Assembly: GCA_944390405.1 (NCBI GenBank)
Contig: CALXPS010000005.1
Location: 1-59,846 of the forward strand
Origin: an uncultured Clostridia bacterium
Lineage (GTDB): Bacteria > Bacillota > Clostridia > TANB77 > CAG-508
Length of the DNA: 59,846 nt
Reading direction: 5' to 3'
Part shown: positions 9,981-20,615 of the stretch, piece by piece
Numbering within the stretch: the stretch's first letter is position 1
Layout of the letters: the number at the start of each line of letters is the position of its first letter
Made by a program: the position numbers and the translations under genes
Notes under the pieces: generated by a model
Database searches by the model: none
What the model saw: only the letters and a program-made list of their open reading frames with translations
What the model was told of the DNA's origin: nothing

Positions 9981-10078
9981 TGGTAACTATTTTTTATTAT
10001 ATTTTTTATAAAAGTAATGCAATTTTATAAAAAATGTGCTAAAATATTATAGGACGACTACAGCAATCGGAGGAAAAT

Positions 10079-10924
10079 ATGATAGAAGTTTTAGAGCATA
10101 CGATATTAGATAGCATAAAATTACTACCTTTTTTATTTATAACATATATATTAATGGAATTAATAGAACACAAGGCAGGAGAAAAAACTGAAAAAATCAT
10201 AAAAAAATCAGGCAAGTTTGGACCTGTTATAGGTGCATTATTAGGTATAGTTCCACAATGTGGCTTCTCAGCTATTGCAGCAAATTTTTATGCAGCTAGA
10301 ATTATAACAAGAGGAACTCTTATTGCAATATTTTTATCTACTTCTGATGAAATGTTACCCATACTAATATCAGAAGGGGCAGAGCTGGGACTAATATTGC
10401 AAATTCTAACTATAAAAGTAGTTATAGGGATGGCAATAGGAATAATAATAGATATATTTAATAAAAATAATAATAATAAAAATAAAACAGAAGAAATACA
10501 TAAAATATGTGAACATGAACATTGTAATTGTGAAGAAGAAGGTGTGGTAAAATCTTCTATAAAACATACAGCACAAATATTTATATATATTTTTATTATA
10601 ACTTTAATAATTAATGCTATTATTCATTTTATAGGAGAAGATAATATCGCAAACTTTATTATTAATATACCAGTAATAGGTACACTTATAGCTGGACTTA
10701 TAGGAGTAATTCCAAATTGTGCAAGTTCTATTATATTAACAGAGCTATACTTAGAAGGTATAATTACTCTAGGACCAATGATTGCAGGATTATTAGTTAA
10801 CTCTGGAGTAGGAATATTAATATTATTTAAAGTTAATAAAAACAAGAAAGAAAATTTAACAATATTGGGAATATTATATATAGTAGGAATAACAGCAGGA
10901 ATAGTATTAGATTTATTAATGTAA
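10079..10924 (+). CDS. polytopic membrane protein, putative metal (Mn/arsenical-type) transporter family; function uncertain
   Basis: About 8 TM segments. N-terminus LLPFLFITYILMELIEHK and GIVPQCGFS resemble the family annotated as putative manganese transporter/arsenic efflux. Has a central HEHCNCEEE loop. Confidence 0.55.
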   Translation: MIEVLEHTILDSIKLLPFLFITYILMELIEHKAGEKTEKIIKKSGKFGPVIGALLGIVPQCGFSAIAANFYAARIITRGTLIAIFLSTSDEMLPILISEGAELGLILQILTIKVVIGMAIGIIIDIFNKNNNNKNKTEEIHKICEHEHCNCEEEGVVKSSIKHTAQIFIYIFIITLIINAIIHFIGEDNIANFIINIPVIGTLIAGLIGVIPNCASSIILTELYLEGIITLGPMIAGLLVNSGVGILILFKVNKNKKENLTILGILYIVGITAGIVLDLLM

Positions 10925-10944
10925 CTTTAAAGGAAAGGAAAATC

Positions 10945-11505
10945 ATGAAAAGAGTATATTTTGTATTAACATATTCAGGTACAATTTTAGGCAGAATAAT
11001 AAGATGCAAAACAGGAAAAATGTACACACATGTTTCTATATCACTAGATGAAAATTTAGATAGAATGTATTCATTTAGCAGATTAAATCCATACAATTGC
11101 TTTATTGGAGGATTTGTACATGAAAGAATAAATATGGGCTCATTTAAAAGATTCAAAAATACAAAAGCAATGGTATGCTATATTGAAATAACGGATTACC
11201 AATATGAAAAATTAGAAAAACAAATAGAAATGTTTGAAGAAAATAGAAAAATGTATAAATTCAATGTATTAGGATTAATTTATATATTATTTAATAAACG
11301 TATACATAGAAAAAACTACTTCTATTGTGCAGAGTTTATAAAATATATATTGGGAAATGCTAATATAAATATAAAATTACCAGATATGCCAAGACCAGAA
11401 AATTTTGAAAAATTAAAAAATTCTACAATTATATATGAAGGACTTTTAAATAGATATAGAGATACAGTAATACTTCAAGAATATGAAATGGCAAAAATAA
11501 GTTAA
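10945..11505 (+). CDS. permuted papain-like (NlpC/P60-superfamily, YiiX-like) protein; function uncertain
   Basis: His precedes Cys (YTHVSI ... YFYCAEFI), as in permuted papain-fold enzymes. Confidence 0.45.
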   Translation: MKRVYFVLTYSGTILGRIIRCKTGKMYTHVSISLDENLDRMYSFSRLNPYNCFIGGFVHERINMGSFKRFKNTKAMVCYIEITDYQYEKLEKQIEMFEENRKMYKFNVLGLIYILFNKRIHRKNYFYCAEFIKYILGNANINIKLPDMPRPENFEKLKNSTIIYEGLLNRYRDTVILQEYEMAKIS

Positions 11506-11529
11506 ATAATCAAAGGAAATGATGAAAAG

Positions 11530-12432
11530 ATGGATAGATTTCAGTCTACTCAGAGGGCTAGTATTTTAGGAATAATTGGCAATATATTTTTACTAATTAT
11601 AAAAGCAATAGTAGGAATAATAACAAAAAGTCAGGCAATGATTGCAGATGCTGTAAATAGTGCAGGAGATATATTTTCTTCATTAATGACATTTATAGGT
11701 AATAAAATTGCAAGTAAACCAAAAGATGATGACCATCATTTGGGACATGGAAAAGCAGAATATATATTTTCAATGTTAGTAAGTATATCGATGATACTTG
11801 TTGCATTTAAATTATTAGATAGCTCTATAAGAGCATTATTAAACCCAGAAGGTTATAGCTTTTCATGGTGGTTAGTTATAGTTTGTATCGGAACTATAAT
11901 AATTAAGCTGTTATTATATGTATATACACATACTCTAGCAAAAAAACATAATAATATACTGCTGGAAGCTAATGCTAAAGATCATATAAATGACTGTGTG
12001 GTTACAACTTTTAACCTTATAGCATCACTGCTTAGTTTGATAGGAATAATATGGTTTGATGGAATTGTTGGAATAGGAATTTCTATATGGATACTTTGGA
12101 CAGGTATAAAAATATTTTTAGAAAGCTATAATGTGTTAATGGACAAAGCCATTAGCGATGAAAGTAAGCAAAAAGTATTAGATATAGTAAAAAAACATAA
12201 GGAAATAAAAAAAGTAGAACATTTCAATGCAACTCCAGTTGGATACAAATATCAAATATCTTTGACAATATACATAGATGGCAATTTATCAACATTTGAA
12301 AGCCATGAAATAGCAAATACATTAGAAAAAGAAATAGACGAGCTAGAAGAAATATATTTAGCAGTTATACATGTAAATCCAATAGAAATAGAAAAAGGTA
12401 ATGAAATTAATAAAAAAGATGAAACTTTATAA
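11530..12432 (+). CDS. cation diffusion facilitator family metal efflux transporter
   Basis: Six TM helices, motifs MIADAVNSAGD and HxxxD-type sites, and a C-terminal cytoplasmic domain (HFNATPVGYKYQISLTIYIDG...VIHVNP). Confidence 0.88.
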   Translation: MDRFQSTQRASILGIIGNIFLLIIKAIVGIITKSQAMIADAVNSAGDIFSSLMTFIGNKIASKPKDDDHHLGHGKAEYIFSMLVSISMILVAFKLLDSSIRALLNPEGYSFSWWLVIVCIGTIIIKLLLYVYTHTLAKKHNNILLEANAKDHINDCVVTTFNLIASLLSLIGIIWFDGIVGIGISIWILWTGIKIFLESYNVLMDKAISDESKQKVLDIVKKHKEIKKVEHFNATPVGYKYQISLTIYIDGNLSTFESHEIANTLEKEIDELEEIYLAVIHVNPIEIEKGNEINKKDETL

Positions 12433-12538
12433 GGAATATAAAAGTATTATTTAAGAGACTACAACAAAAGAAAAGGAGGAGGATAACAAAAGTAAAAATT
12501 TATATATAATATAAAAAATATATTAAGGAGGAGAAAAA

Positions 12539-13015
12539 ATGTCTAAAAAAATAATAATAGCGGTAGCTATAATAGTATTAATAGCAGTGATTATAGGAGC
12601 AGTATTTTTATTGAAAAGAGAAAAGAATGTGGAAGGAACATTAGAGGAGATAATGACTAAAATATATGCAGGAATTAGTGAAGATGAGCTTCCAATGATG
12701 CTTGGAAATATTGAAGTAACAAGTGATAATATAGAAAATTATGTAGGGACAAGCGATATAGACTTTAAAGAGGCTATTGCAAGTGAATCAGCAGTAGGCT
12801 CAATAGCACATTCAGTAGTACTAATAAGATTAAATGATGCAAGCAAAGCAAATGAAACAGTTAAAAAAATAGAAGAAAATGCAAACCCAATGAAATGGAT
12901 TTGTGTTGGAGCAAGTGATGTAATTGTGAAAAGTAAAGGAGATTTAGTAATTCTAATAATGAGCAATGAAGATTTAGCTCCGAGATTAGATACTAATTTT
13001 GAAGGGTTAGAATAA
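12539..13015 (+). CDS. membrane-anchored DUF4358-like protein (first gene of an MBOAT/DHHW cluster)
   Basis: N-terminal TM anchor. Its stop overlaps the start of the MBOAT gene. This arrangement recurs in Clostridia as far as I recall. Confidence 0.5.
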   Translation: MSKKIIIAVAIIVLIAVIIGAVFLLKREKNVEGTLEEIMTKIYAGISEDELPMMLGNIEVTSDNIENYVGTSDIDFKEAIASESAVGSIAHSVVLIRLNDASKANETVKKIEENANPMKWICVGASDVIVKSKGDLVILIMSNEDLAPRLDTNFEGLE

Positions 13016-14394
13016 TGGTATTTTCAAGTATCACATTTATATATTATTTTCTACCAATGTTACTTATTGCATATTATATATTTCCAAGGAAATGCCGCAA
13101 CATTATATTACTAATATTTAGCTTAGTTTTTTACTTTTATGAAGAGAGAAATATAATACTAGTAATATCATGTATAGCCAATTATTTCCTTGGAATATTG
13201 ATTGAAAAAAACAAAAGCAAACAATATTTAATATGGGGAATAATTGGTAATATTGCTATACTTGGATACTATAAGTATAGCAACTTTTTTATAGAAAATA
13301 TAAATAGCATTACAAATGCTAATATATCATATTTTAATATAATATTACCTCTAGGAATAAGTTTTTTTACATTCCAAAATTTGAGCTATATAATAGATGT
13401 ATATAGAGGAGAAATTAAGCCACAAAAGAGTATATTCAAATATGCAACATATATAACATTATTTCCACAATTAATAGCAGGTCCAATTGTACGATATAAA
13501 GATGTTGATAAAGAACTAGATAATAGAAAAGAAAATTTTGATGATTTTGCTATTGGAGTAAAAAGGTTTATTATAGGGTTATCAAAAAAAGTTTTGATAG
13601 CAAATACTGTAGGAAATATGTGTGTTATTTTAAATGATATGGCTAATAAAACAATATTATCACATATATTAGAGGCAATAGGCTATACTGTTCAGTTATA
13701 TTTTGATTTCTCAGGATATAGTGATATGGCAATAGGATTAGCATTATTTTTTGGATTTCACTTTAAGGAAAACTTCAATTATCCATTGATAGCAACAAGT
13801 ATTACAGATTTCTGGAGAAGATGGCATATATCATTATCATCATTCTTTAGAGATTATGTTTACATTCCATTGGGAGGAAATAGAGTAAAACTCATAAAAT
13901 GGGTGAGGAACTTATTTATAGTATGGGCATTAACTGGATTTTGGCATGGTGCAAGTTGGAATTTTATTTTATGGGGAATATATTTCTTTATATTTTTATT
14001 ATTAGAAAAATTATTTTTAAGTAAATATTTAAAAAACAATATAATTTCTCATATGTATACATTAATTATAGTAATATGTAGTTTTGTAATATTTAATATG
14101 CCAAACTTAGCAAGCATAGGAGAATATTTTAAAAATATGTTTGGAATAAGTGGCTTGCCATTTACTAACAAAGAAACTTTATATTACTTGAAAAATTATA
14201 TTGTAATAATAGCAATATCATGTATTGCAGCAACACCAATAATAAAAACAATATCAGGAAAGATGCAAAATAAAAAAATGTTTACAAAAATAACAAATAT
14301 ATTAGAACCAGTATGTCTATTAACACTTTTAATAGTATGTACAGCATCTTTACTATCAAATTCATTTAATCCATTCATATATTTTAGATTTTAA
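13015..14394 (+). CDS. MBOAT-family O-acyltransferase (AlgI/DltB-like)
   Basis: 459 aa, polytopic. Conserved FWRRWHISLSSFFRDYVYIPLGGNR block with the catalytic His. Confidence 0.9.
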   Translation: MVFSSITFIYYFLPMLLIAYYIFPRKCRNIILLIFSLVFYFYEERNIILVISCIANYFLGILIEKNKSKQYLIWGIIGNIAILGYYKYSNFFIENINSITNANISYFNIILPLGISFFTFQNLSYIIDVYRGEIKPQKSIFKYATYITLFPQLIAGPIVRYKDVDKELDNRKENFDDFAIGVKRFIIGLSKKVLIANTVGNMCVILNDMANKTILSHILEAIGYTVQLYFDFSGYSDMAIGLALFFGFHFKENFNYPLIATSITDFWRRWHISLSSFFRDYVYIPLGGNRVKLIKWVRNLFIVWALTGFWHGASWNFILWGIYFFIFLLLEKLFLSKYLKNNIISHMYTLIIVICSFVIFNMPNLASIGEYFKNMFGISGLPFTNKETLYYLKNYIVIIAISCIAATPIIKTISGKMQNKKMFTKITNILEPVCLLTLLIVCTASLLSNSFNPFIYFRF

Positions 14395-14403
14395 GGAGAA
14401 ACA

Positions 14404-15465
14404 ATGAAACAAAAAATAATATCAATAACTTTTGTTGTATTTATAATTGGATTGAGTTTGCTAAGCTTTATACTTAAAGATAATGAATTATCAAAATTTG
14501 AAAGAAGAAAATTAGCACAAATTCCAAAACTGAATAAAAATTTCATAGAAAATTTAGATAACTATATATTAGACCAATTTCCATTTAGAAATGAATTTAT
14601 AAATTTAAATTCAAATATAAATAGAAATATATTACAAATGACAGGATACAATGATGTATATGTAATTGATAATGTCATATATGAAATAAATTATCCATTG
14701 AGTGATAAGCAATGTATAGATTTCTGTAACAAAATAAATTATATAATAGAAAAAGATTTACAAAATTCAAATGTATATTACTCAATAATACCAGATAAGG
14801 AATACTTTTTAAATGATGAGAATTATTTGAAAATAGATTACAATGCATTACAAACCAAGATAAAATTAAATGCAAAATATATAAATATTATGGAAGATTT
14901 AAAATTAGAGGATTACTATAATACAGATATACATTGGAAACAGGAAAATTTAGATAAAGTTGTAAAAAATATAATAGAGCAGATGGGTAATACGTATAAA
15001 CAAATAGATTATAAATATAAAACATATGGTAATTTCTATGGAGCTTCATACTCAAAAGCAGGCAGAAACATACTTCCAGATAAACTAACATATTTATATA
15101 ATGAATATACAGAAAACAGCATTGTGAAACATTTAGAATATGGAGACAAACCTGTTTATGATGAACAAAAATTAGGAGGTTTAGACTTATATGATATATT
15201 CCTATCAGGTGCAAGCAGCTATATAGAAATAACAAATCCAAATGCAACAAATGAAAAAGAATTAATAATTTTTAGAGATTCTTATGGAAGTAGTTTAGCA
15301 CCATTACTTATACCATATTATAGCAAAATAACTTTAATAGATTTAAGATATATAAATTATGATATAGTAGCAAATCTTACTGATTTTGAACATAAAGATG
15401 TTTTATTTATATATAGCGCACAAGTAATAAATAATAGTAATTTATTAAAAGTTAACGATTTTTAG
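14404..15465 (+). CDS. DHHW-family extracytoplasmic protein (AlgX/AlgJ-like SGNH partner of MBOAT)
   Basis: N-terminal TM anchor, NTDIHWK (D-x-HW) motif, and position immediately after the MBOAT gene. Confidence 0.75.
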   Translation: MKQKIISITFVVFIIGLSLLSFILKDNELSKFERRKLAQIPKLNKNFIENLDNYILDQFPFRNEFINLNSNINRNILQMTGYNDVYVIDNVIYEINYPLSDKQCIDFCNKINYIIEKDLQNSNVYYSIIPDKEYFLNDENYLKIDYNALQTKIKLNAKYINIMEDLKLEDYYNTDIHWKQENLDKVVKNIIEQMGNTYKQIDYKYKTYGNFYGASYSKAGRNILPDKLTYLYNEYTENSIVKHLEYGDKPVYDEQKLGGLDLYDIFLSGASSYIEITNPNATNEKELIIFRDSYGSSLAPLLIPYYSKITLIDLRYINYDIVANLTDFEHKDVLFIYSAQVINNSNLLKVNDF

Positions 15466-15546
15466 TCCATTATTTTACAAAAATAATGGACTTTTTTAAT
15501 TTTAGTGGTATAATAAAATGTAGCACAAAATTTTTAGGAGGAATAT

Positions 15547-18372
15547 ATGAACGACAATATTATAGTAAAAGGAGCAAAAGAACATAATTTAAAAAATATA
15601 AATGTAACTATACCAAGAGATAAATTAGTAGTTATAACAGGGCTTTCAGGTTCTGGTAAGTCTTCTCTTGCATTTGATACATTATATGCAGAAGGTCAAA
15701 GACGTTATGTGGAAAGTTTATCATCATATGCACGTCAATTTTTGGGGTTAATGGAAAAACCAGATGTAGAATCAATTGAAGGTCTTTCACCAGCAATAGC
15801 AATAGACCAGAAAACAACTTCTAAAAATCCACGTTCAACTGTTGGAACTGTAACAGAAATATATGACTATATTCGTTTGTTATATGCAAGAATAGGTCAG
15901 CCACATTGTCCAAAATGTGGTAAGAAAATAGAAAAACAAACTTTAGATCAAATAGTAGAAAAGGTAATGAGCCTAGAAACTGGAACAAAAATTCAAGTGT
16001 TGGCACCAGTTGTAAGAGGTAGAAAAGGTGAATATACTGCATTATTAGAAAATTTTGCAAAAGATGGATTTGTAAGGGTTAGAATAGATAATACTTTATA
16101 TGAATTAACAGATGATATAGAAATTGATAGAAAGAAAAAACATAATATAGAATTGATAGTGGATAGATTAGTGATAAAAGAAGATATAAGAAGTAGATTA
16201 GCAGAATCAATAGAAATATCATTAAAATATGCAAATAATTTAGTAGTAATAGCAACACCACATGAAGAAATGTTATTTAGCCAAAATTATGCTTGTCCAG
16301 ATTGTAATATAAGTATAGAAGAATTATCACCTAGAATGTTTTCATTTAACAATCCACTTGGAGCTTGCCCAGAGTGTAGTGGAATAGGGTACTTAATGAA
16401 AATGAATGAAGATTTAATAATACCTGATAAAAACAAAACATTATATGATGGAGTAAAAGCTTTTGGTTCAAGCACAATGAAAAAGGGCGATACAATGGCG
16501 AAAATGTATTTTGAAAGTATAGGAAGACATTATGGAGTAGATATAAAAGTTCCAATAAAAAAATTACCCAGAGATTTTTTAAACAAAATATTGTATGGAA
16601 CAGGTACAGAAGAAATAGATTTTCGCTACACATCTGCAGCAGGAGAAAGAAAATTTAGAGCACCTTTTGAAGGAGTAATACCAACTTTAGAAAGAAGATA
16701 TAGAGAAACAAAATCACAAGGTATGAGAATTTTCTATGAATATTATATGACAAATAGTCCTTGCGAATCATGTCATGGAGCAAGATTAAGAAAAGAAAGC
16801 TTATCTGTTACTATTGGAGGAAAAAACATACAAGAACTAACAGACATGCCAATTAACAGAATACAAGAGTTTATGAACAATTTAAACCTAGATAAAACAA
16901 AAACATTAATAGCAAATCAAATTTTAAAAGAATTAAATAAAAGACTTCAGTTTTTAGTAGATGTAGGATTAGAGTATTTAACATTATCAAGACCAGCAGG
17001 AACATTATCAGGAGGAGAAGCACAGAGAATTAGATTAGCTACACAAATAGGTGCAGGCTTAACGGGTGTATTATATATATTAGATGAACCAAGTATAGGT
17101 CTACACCAAAGAGATAATAATAAATTAATAGCAACACTAAAAAAATTAAGAGATTTAGGAAATACAGTTATAGTAGTAGAACATGATGAAGATACAATGT
17201 ATGCAGCAGATTATATAATAGATATAGGACCAGAAGCTGGTGTACATGGAGGAAATGTAATTGCTACAGGAACAGTAGAAGATATAAAACAAAATGTTAA
17301 TTCAATAACAGGTGCTTACCTAAGTGGAAGAAAGCAAATAAAAGTACCGCCAAAAAGAAGAAAACAAACAGGAAAATCAATAGAAATAAAAGGAGCAGCT
17401 CAAAACAACTTAAAAAATATAAATGTAAAGATTCCATTAGGAGTATTTACATGTGTAACAGGAGTTTCAGGTTCTGGAAAAAGTACATTGATAAATGAAA
17501 TATTGTATAAAGGGCTAGCAAAAGAACTTTACAATTCTTCAGAATTTCCAGGAAAACATGAAAAAATATTAGGAATAGAGAACATAGATAAAGTAATAAA
17601 TATAGACCAATCTCCAATAGGAAGAACACCAAGGTCAAACCCAGCAACTTATACAGGAGTATTTGATCTAATAAGAGATATATTTGCCGGAACAAATGAA
17701 GCAAAACTACGCGGATACGAGAAAGGCAGATTTAGCTTTAATGTATCAGGCGGAAGATGCGAAACTTGTCAAGGTGATGGGGTTCTTAAAATAGAAATGC
17801 ATTTCTTACCAGACCTATATGTTCCTTGCGAAGTTTGCCATGGAAAAAGATATAATAGAGAAACATTAGAGGTAAAATATAAAGGAAAGAATATATCAGA
17901 TGTATTGGATATGACAGTAGAAGAAGCATTAGATTTCTTCAGCAATATACCAAAAATCAAACAAAAAATACAAACATTGTATGATGTAGGATTAGGTTAT
18001 ATAAAACTAGGACAACCATCAACAACATTATCAGGAGGAGAAGCACAAAGAATAAAACTTGCAACAGAACTTTCTAAGCGTGCAACAGGCAAAACTTTAT
18101 ATATACTAGATGAACCAACAACAGGTCTACATATAGCAGACGTACACAAATTAATAGAAATATTACAAAGATTAGTAGATACAGGAAATAGCGTGTTAGT
18201 TATAGAGCATAATTTAGACTTAATAAAAACAGCAGACCATATAATAGATTTAGGTCCAGAAAGTGGAGAAAAAGGTGGAGAAGTTATAGCAGTTGGCACA
18301 CCAGAACAAATAGCAAAAAATGAAAAATCGTATACAGGGAAGTTTTTGAAAGAGATGTTAGAAAAATATTAA
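15547..18372 (+). CDS. uvrA: excinuclease ABC subunit A
   Basis: 941 aa. Two ABC modules ([20 protein letters not shown], two LSGGEAQR signatures) and Zn-finger CxxC pairs. Confidence 0.97.
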   Translation: MNDNIIVKGAKEHNLKNINVTIPRDKLVVITGLSGSGKSSLAFDTLYAEGQRRYVESLSSYARQFLGLMEKPDVESIEGLSPAIAIDQKTTSKNPRSTVGTVTEIYDYIRLLYARIGQPHCPKCGKKIEKQTLDQIVEKVMSLETGTKIQVLAPVVRGRKGEYTALLENFAKDGFVRVRIDNTLYELTDDIEIDRKKKHNIELIVDRLVIKEDIRSRLAESIEISLKYANNLVVIATPHEEMLFSQNYACPDCNISIEELSPRMFSFNNPLGACPECSGIGYLMKMNEDLIIPDKNKTLYDGVKAFGSSTMKKGDTMAKMYFESIGRHYGVDIKVPIKKLPRDFLNKILYGTGTEEIDFRYTSAAGERKFRAPFEGVIPTLERRYRETKSQGMRIFYEYYMTNSPCESCHGARLRKESLSVTIGGKNIQELTDMPINRIQEFMNNLNLDKTKTLIANQILKELNKRLQFLVDVGLEYLTLSRPAGTLSGGEAQRIRLATQIGAGLTGVLYILDEPSIGLHQRDNNKLIATLKKLRDLGNTVIVVEHDEDTMYAADYIIDIGPEAGVHGGNVIATGTVEDIKQNVNSITGAYLSGRKQIKVPPKRRKQTGKSIEIKGAAQNNLKNINVKIPLGVFTCVTGVSGSGKSTLINEILYKGLAKELYNSSEFPGKHEKILGIENIDKVINIDQSPIGRTPRSNPATYTGVFDLIRDIFAGTNEAKLRGYEKGRFSFNVSGGRCETCQGDGVLKIEMHFLPDLYVPCEVCHGKRYNRETLEVKYKGKNISDVLDMTVEEALDFFSNIPKIKQKIQTLYDVGLGYIKLGQPSTTLSGGEAQRIKLATELSKRATGKTLYILDEPTTGLHIADVHKLIEILQRLVDTGNSVLVIEHNLDLIKTADHIIDLGPESGEKGGEVIAVGTPEQIAKNEKSYTGKFLKEMLEKY

Positions 18373-18389
18373 TATCCATTTTAAAATAT

Positions 18390-18413
18390 GTAGGGGCGAG
18401 CATTGCTCGTCCT
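18390..18413. repeat. GC-rich REP-like hairpin GTAGGGGCGAGCATTGCTCGTCCT, copy 1
   Basis: Identical 24-mer at 20451-20474 and 25976-25999. 8-bp stem (GGGCGAGC/GCTCGTCC) with an ATT loop. Each copy lies just downstream of a gene end. Confidence 0.85.
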
Positions 18414-18550
18414 ATATATTGTAACAGAAAAATATCATAAACAATAAAAAACTATTGCAAATTTAGTAAAGATATAATAAAATATAGATGTTAAAGGAAA
18501 CTAATTAAGAAAAACCAAAAATGCCATGCATTTTTTGAGGAGGAAAACGA

Positions 18551-19282
18551 ATGTTATATATTAACGATGTCCATATACTATTCTATGTATTAATTGCATT
18601 TATTGGTGGTATTGTTGGACAATTCATAGATTATATAAATATAGCTTTTTTAAATGAACGAAAGATTTTAAACAAACAAACTTTAAAAGAATATAAAAAA
18701 GTTTTTAAAACAAACTATTTATTAATAATAATTAATATAATTTTATATATTGCACTATTATATAAGTTTAAAATTAGTTTAGACCTATTAAAATTTATGA
18801 TACTTGTACCAATGTTATTGTCGGCTTTTGTAGTAGACTATAAAATACAAATCATACCAAACAGATTGAATTTTACAATGTTTGAAGTAGGAATAATATT
18901 TACTTTTATATTTGGCATACAAAATTTAAGTGTTGCTAAAGATATGTTACAAGGTATGTTTGTTGGAGGTGGAATTTTTCTACTTATAACATTAATTGGT
19001 GGATTAATTGCAGGTAAAGAAGCAATGGGCTTAGGTGACGTAAAATTAATGGGAGCACTAGGCTTATACTTTGGAACAGTTAGTATATCATTAATATCAG
19101 TATTGTCATTTCTTATAGGAGCAATTATAAGTGTGATTGTAATAATCAGAAAGAAAAACAGAGATGATGGGTATATTCCATTTGGACCATTTATAGTTCT
19201 TGCAACAATTACAGCAATATTTGTTCCAAATGATATATTATTTACAGTTTTAATGAAAATCTTTTCCTTAGGATTGGCTTAG
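18551..19282 (+). CDS. A24-family prepilin peptidase
   Basis: Polytopic membrane protein. IPNRLNF and GLGDVKLMGALG motifs carry the two catalytic Asp residues. Confidence 0.85.
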   Translation: MLYINDVHILFYVLIAFIGGIVGQFIDYINIAFLNERKILNKQTLKEYKKVFKTNYLLIIINIILYIALLYKFKISLDLLKFMILVPMLLSAFVVDYKIQIIPNRLNFTMFEVGIIFTFIFGIQNLSVAKDMLQGMFVGGGIFLLITLIGGLIAGKEAMGLGDVKLMGALGLYFGTVSISLISVLSFLIGAIISVIVIIRKKNRDDGYIPFGPFIVLATITAIFVPNDILFTVLMKIFSLGLA

Positions 19283-19327
19283 AAAAATATGTAGTGCTCA
19301 CAAAAAAGTAAAAGGAAGGTGTTTTCT

Positions 19328-20389
19328 ATGAATGAAAAAATAAGACTTTTACGAGAGAGGTTAAGAAATTTAAATATGGAGGGCATGATAATAACAAACC
19401 CTATAAGTATAAAGTACTTAACCAATATAGAAAACGAAGGAACACTACTAATAACGAGAAAAGAAAACATATTTTTAACATATACTATGTTTTTAGAAAG
19501 TGTAAGAAGCACAGTTACAATAAATGACGAATTAATAATAGCAGATTTTAGAGATGTAAGCAAAGAAGAATGTGAAAATTTTTTCTTGTTTTGTGAGAAT
19601 ATAGGATTTGAAGAAAATTATGTTACTTATAAGCAATATCATTATTTAAAGCAAAAATATAAAGTAAATAATTTAGCAGAAACTGAAAATATAATAGAAA
19701 AGTTAAGAGCAATAAAAGATAAAGAAGAAATAGAAAAAATTAAAAAAGCATGTGAAATTACAGATAATTGTTTTAATCACTTGCTAGAATTTATAAAAAT
19801 AGGAATGACAGAAAAAGAAATAGCACTTGAAATAGAAACCTTTTTTAAAAAAAATGGTGCAGAAGGATTAGCCTTTGATACAATAGTAGCAATAGGTGAA
19901 AATAGTGCAAACCCACATTGGAATCCATCAGATAGAGAAGTTAGAATGGCAGACCCAATATTAATAGATATGGGTTGCAAATACCAAGGATATTGCTCTG
20001 ATATGACAAGAACAATATTTATGGGATGCATACTAGAAGAAATAAAACCAGTATATGATCTAGTATTAAAAAATCTGTCATATACAGATAAAGAAATAAA
20101 AGAATATGCAAGTATAAAAACTATTTCTCAAATGGTAGAGAGTGATTTTAAATTAAATAAATATGATTTAATACACTCACTAGGACATAGCATTGGAATG
20201 GAAACACATGAAATGCCATATATAAATACAAAAAATGATACTTACTTAAAAGAAAATATGGTAATAGCAATTGAACCAGGAATATATTTACCAGGGAAAT
20301 ATGGAATAAGAATAGAGGATACAATATTAGTAGAAAAAAATGGATGTACAATACTTACAAATTCTCCAAGAAATTATGTGATATTGTAA
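19328..20389 (+). CDS. M24-family Xaa-Pro aminopeptidase
   Basis: Creatinase-like N-domain plus pita-bread fold (DMGCKYQGYCSDMTRT, HSLGHSIGMETHE, IEPGIY, IRIEDT). ATG 19328 follows an AAGGAAGG RBS; the track start at 19319 overlaps the RBS. Confidence 0.88.
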   Translation: MNEKIRLLRERLRNLNMEGMIITNPISIKYLTNIENEGTLLITRKENIFLTYTMFLESVRSTVTINDELIIADFRDVSKEECENFFLFCENIGFEENYVTYKQYHYLKQKYKVNNLAETENIIEKLRAIKDKEEIEKIKKACEITDNCFNHLLEFIKIGMTEKEIALEIETFFKKNGAEGLAFDTIVAIGENSANPHWNPSDREVRMADPILIDMGCKYQGYCSDMTRTIFMGCILEEIKPVYDLVLKNLSYTDKEIKEYASIKTISQMVESDFKLNKYDLIHSLGHSIGMETHEMPYINTKNDTYLKENMVIAIEPGIYLPGKYGIRIEDTILVEKNGCTILTNSPRNYVIL

Positions 20390-20450
20390 CAGAAGTCAGA
20401 AGGCGGAGGTCGGACGTCAGAAATTGTGAATAAATTAAAATAATGAAAAC

Positions 20451-20474
20451 GTAGGGGCGAGCATTGCTCGTCCT
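20451..20474. repeat. GC-rich REP-like hairpin, copy 2
   Basis: Exact GTAGGGGCGAGCATTGCTCGTCCT. Confidence 0.85.
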
Positions 20475-20615
20475 TAATCATATTTAACCATTTAAAATTT
20501 CCAAAATAATATTTACATACGATTTTTTCATACAATAATTACCAGAAAACATTGACTTTTGACAAAAAAAATTATAAAATATTATACATAAAAAAATGCG
20601 AGGAGGAAAGATGTT

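Noticed and set aside
9757-10011. 84-aa ORF (MTDKDRHVCLCLFLLPF...) listed in the track
   Set aside because: It lies entirely within repeat family B, whose second copy at 31044-31202 does not preserve the ORF. It has no RBS, and its composition is dictated by the hairpin arms.
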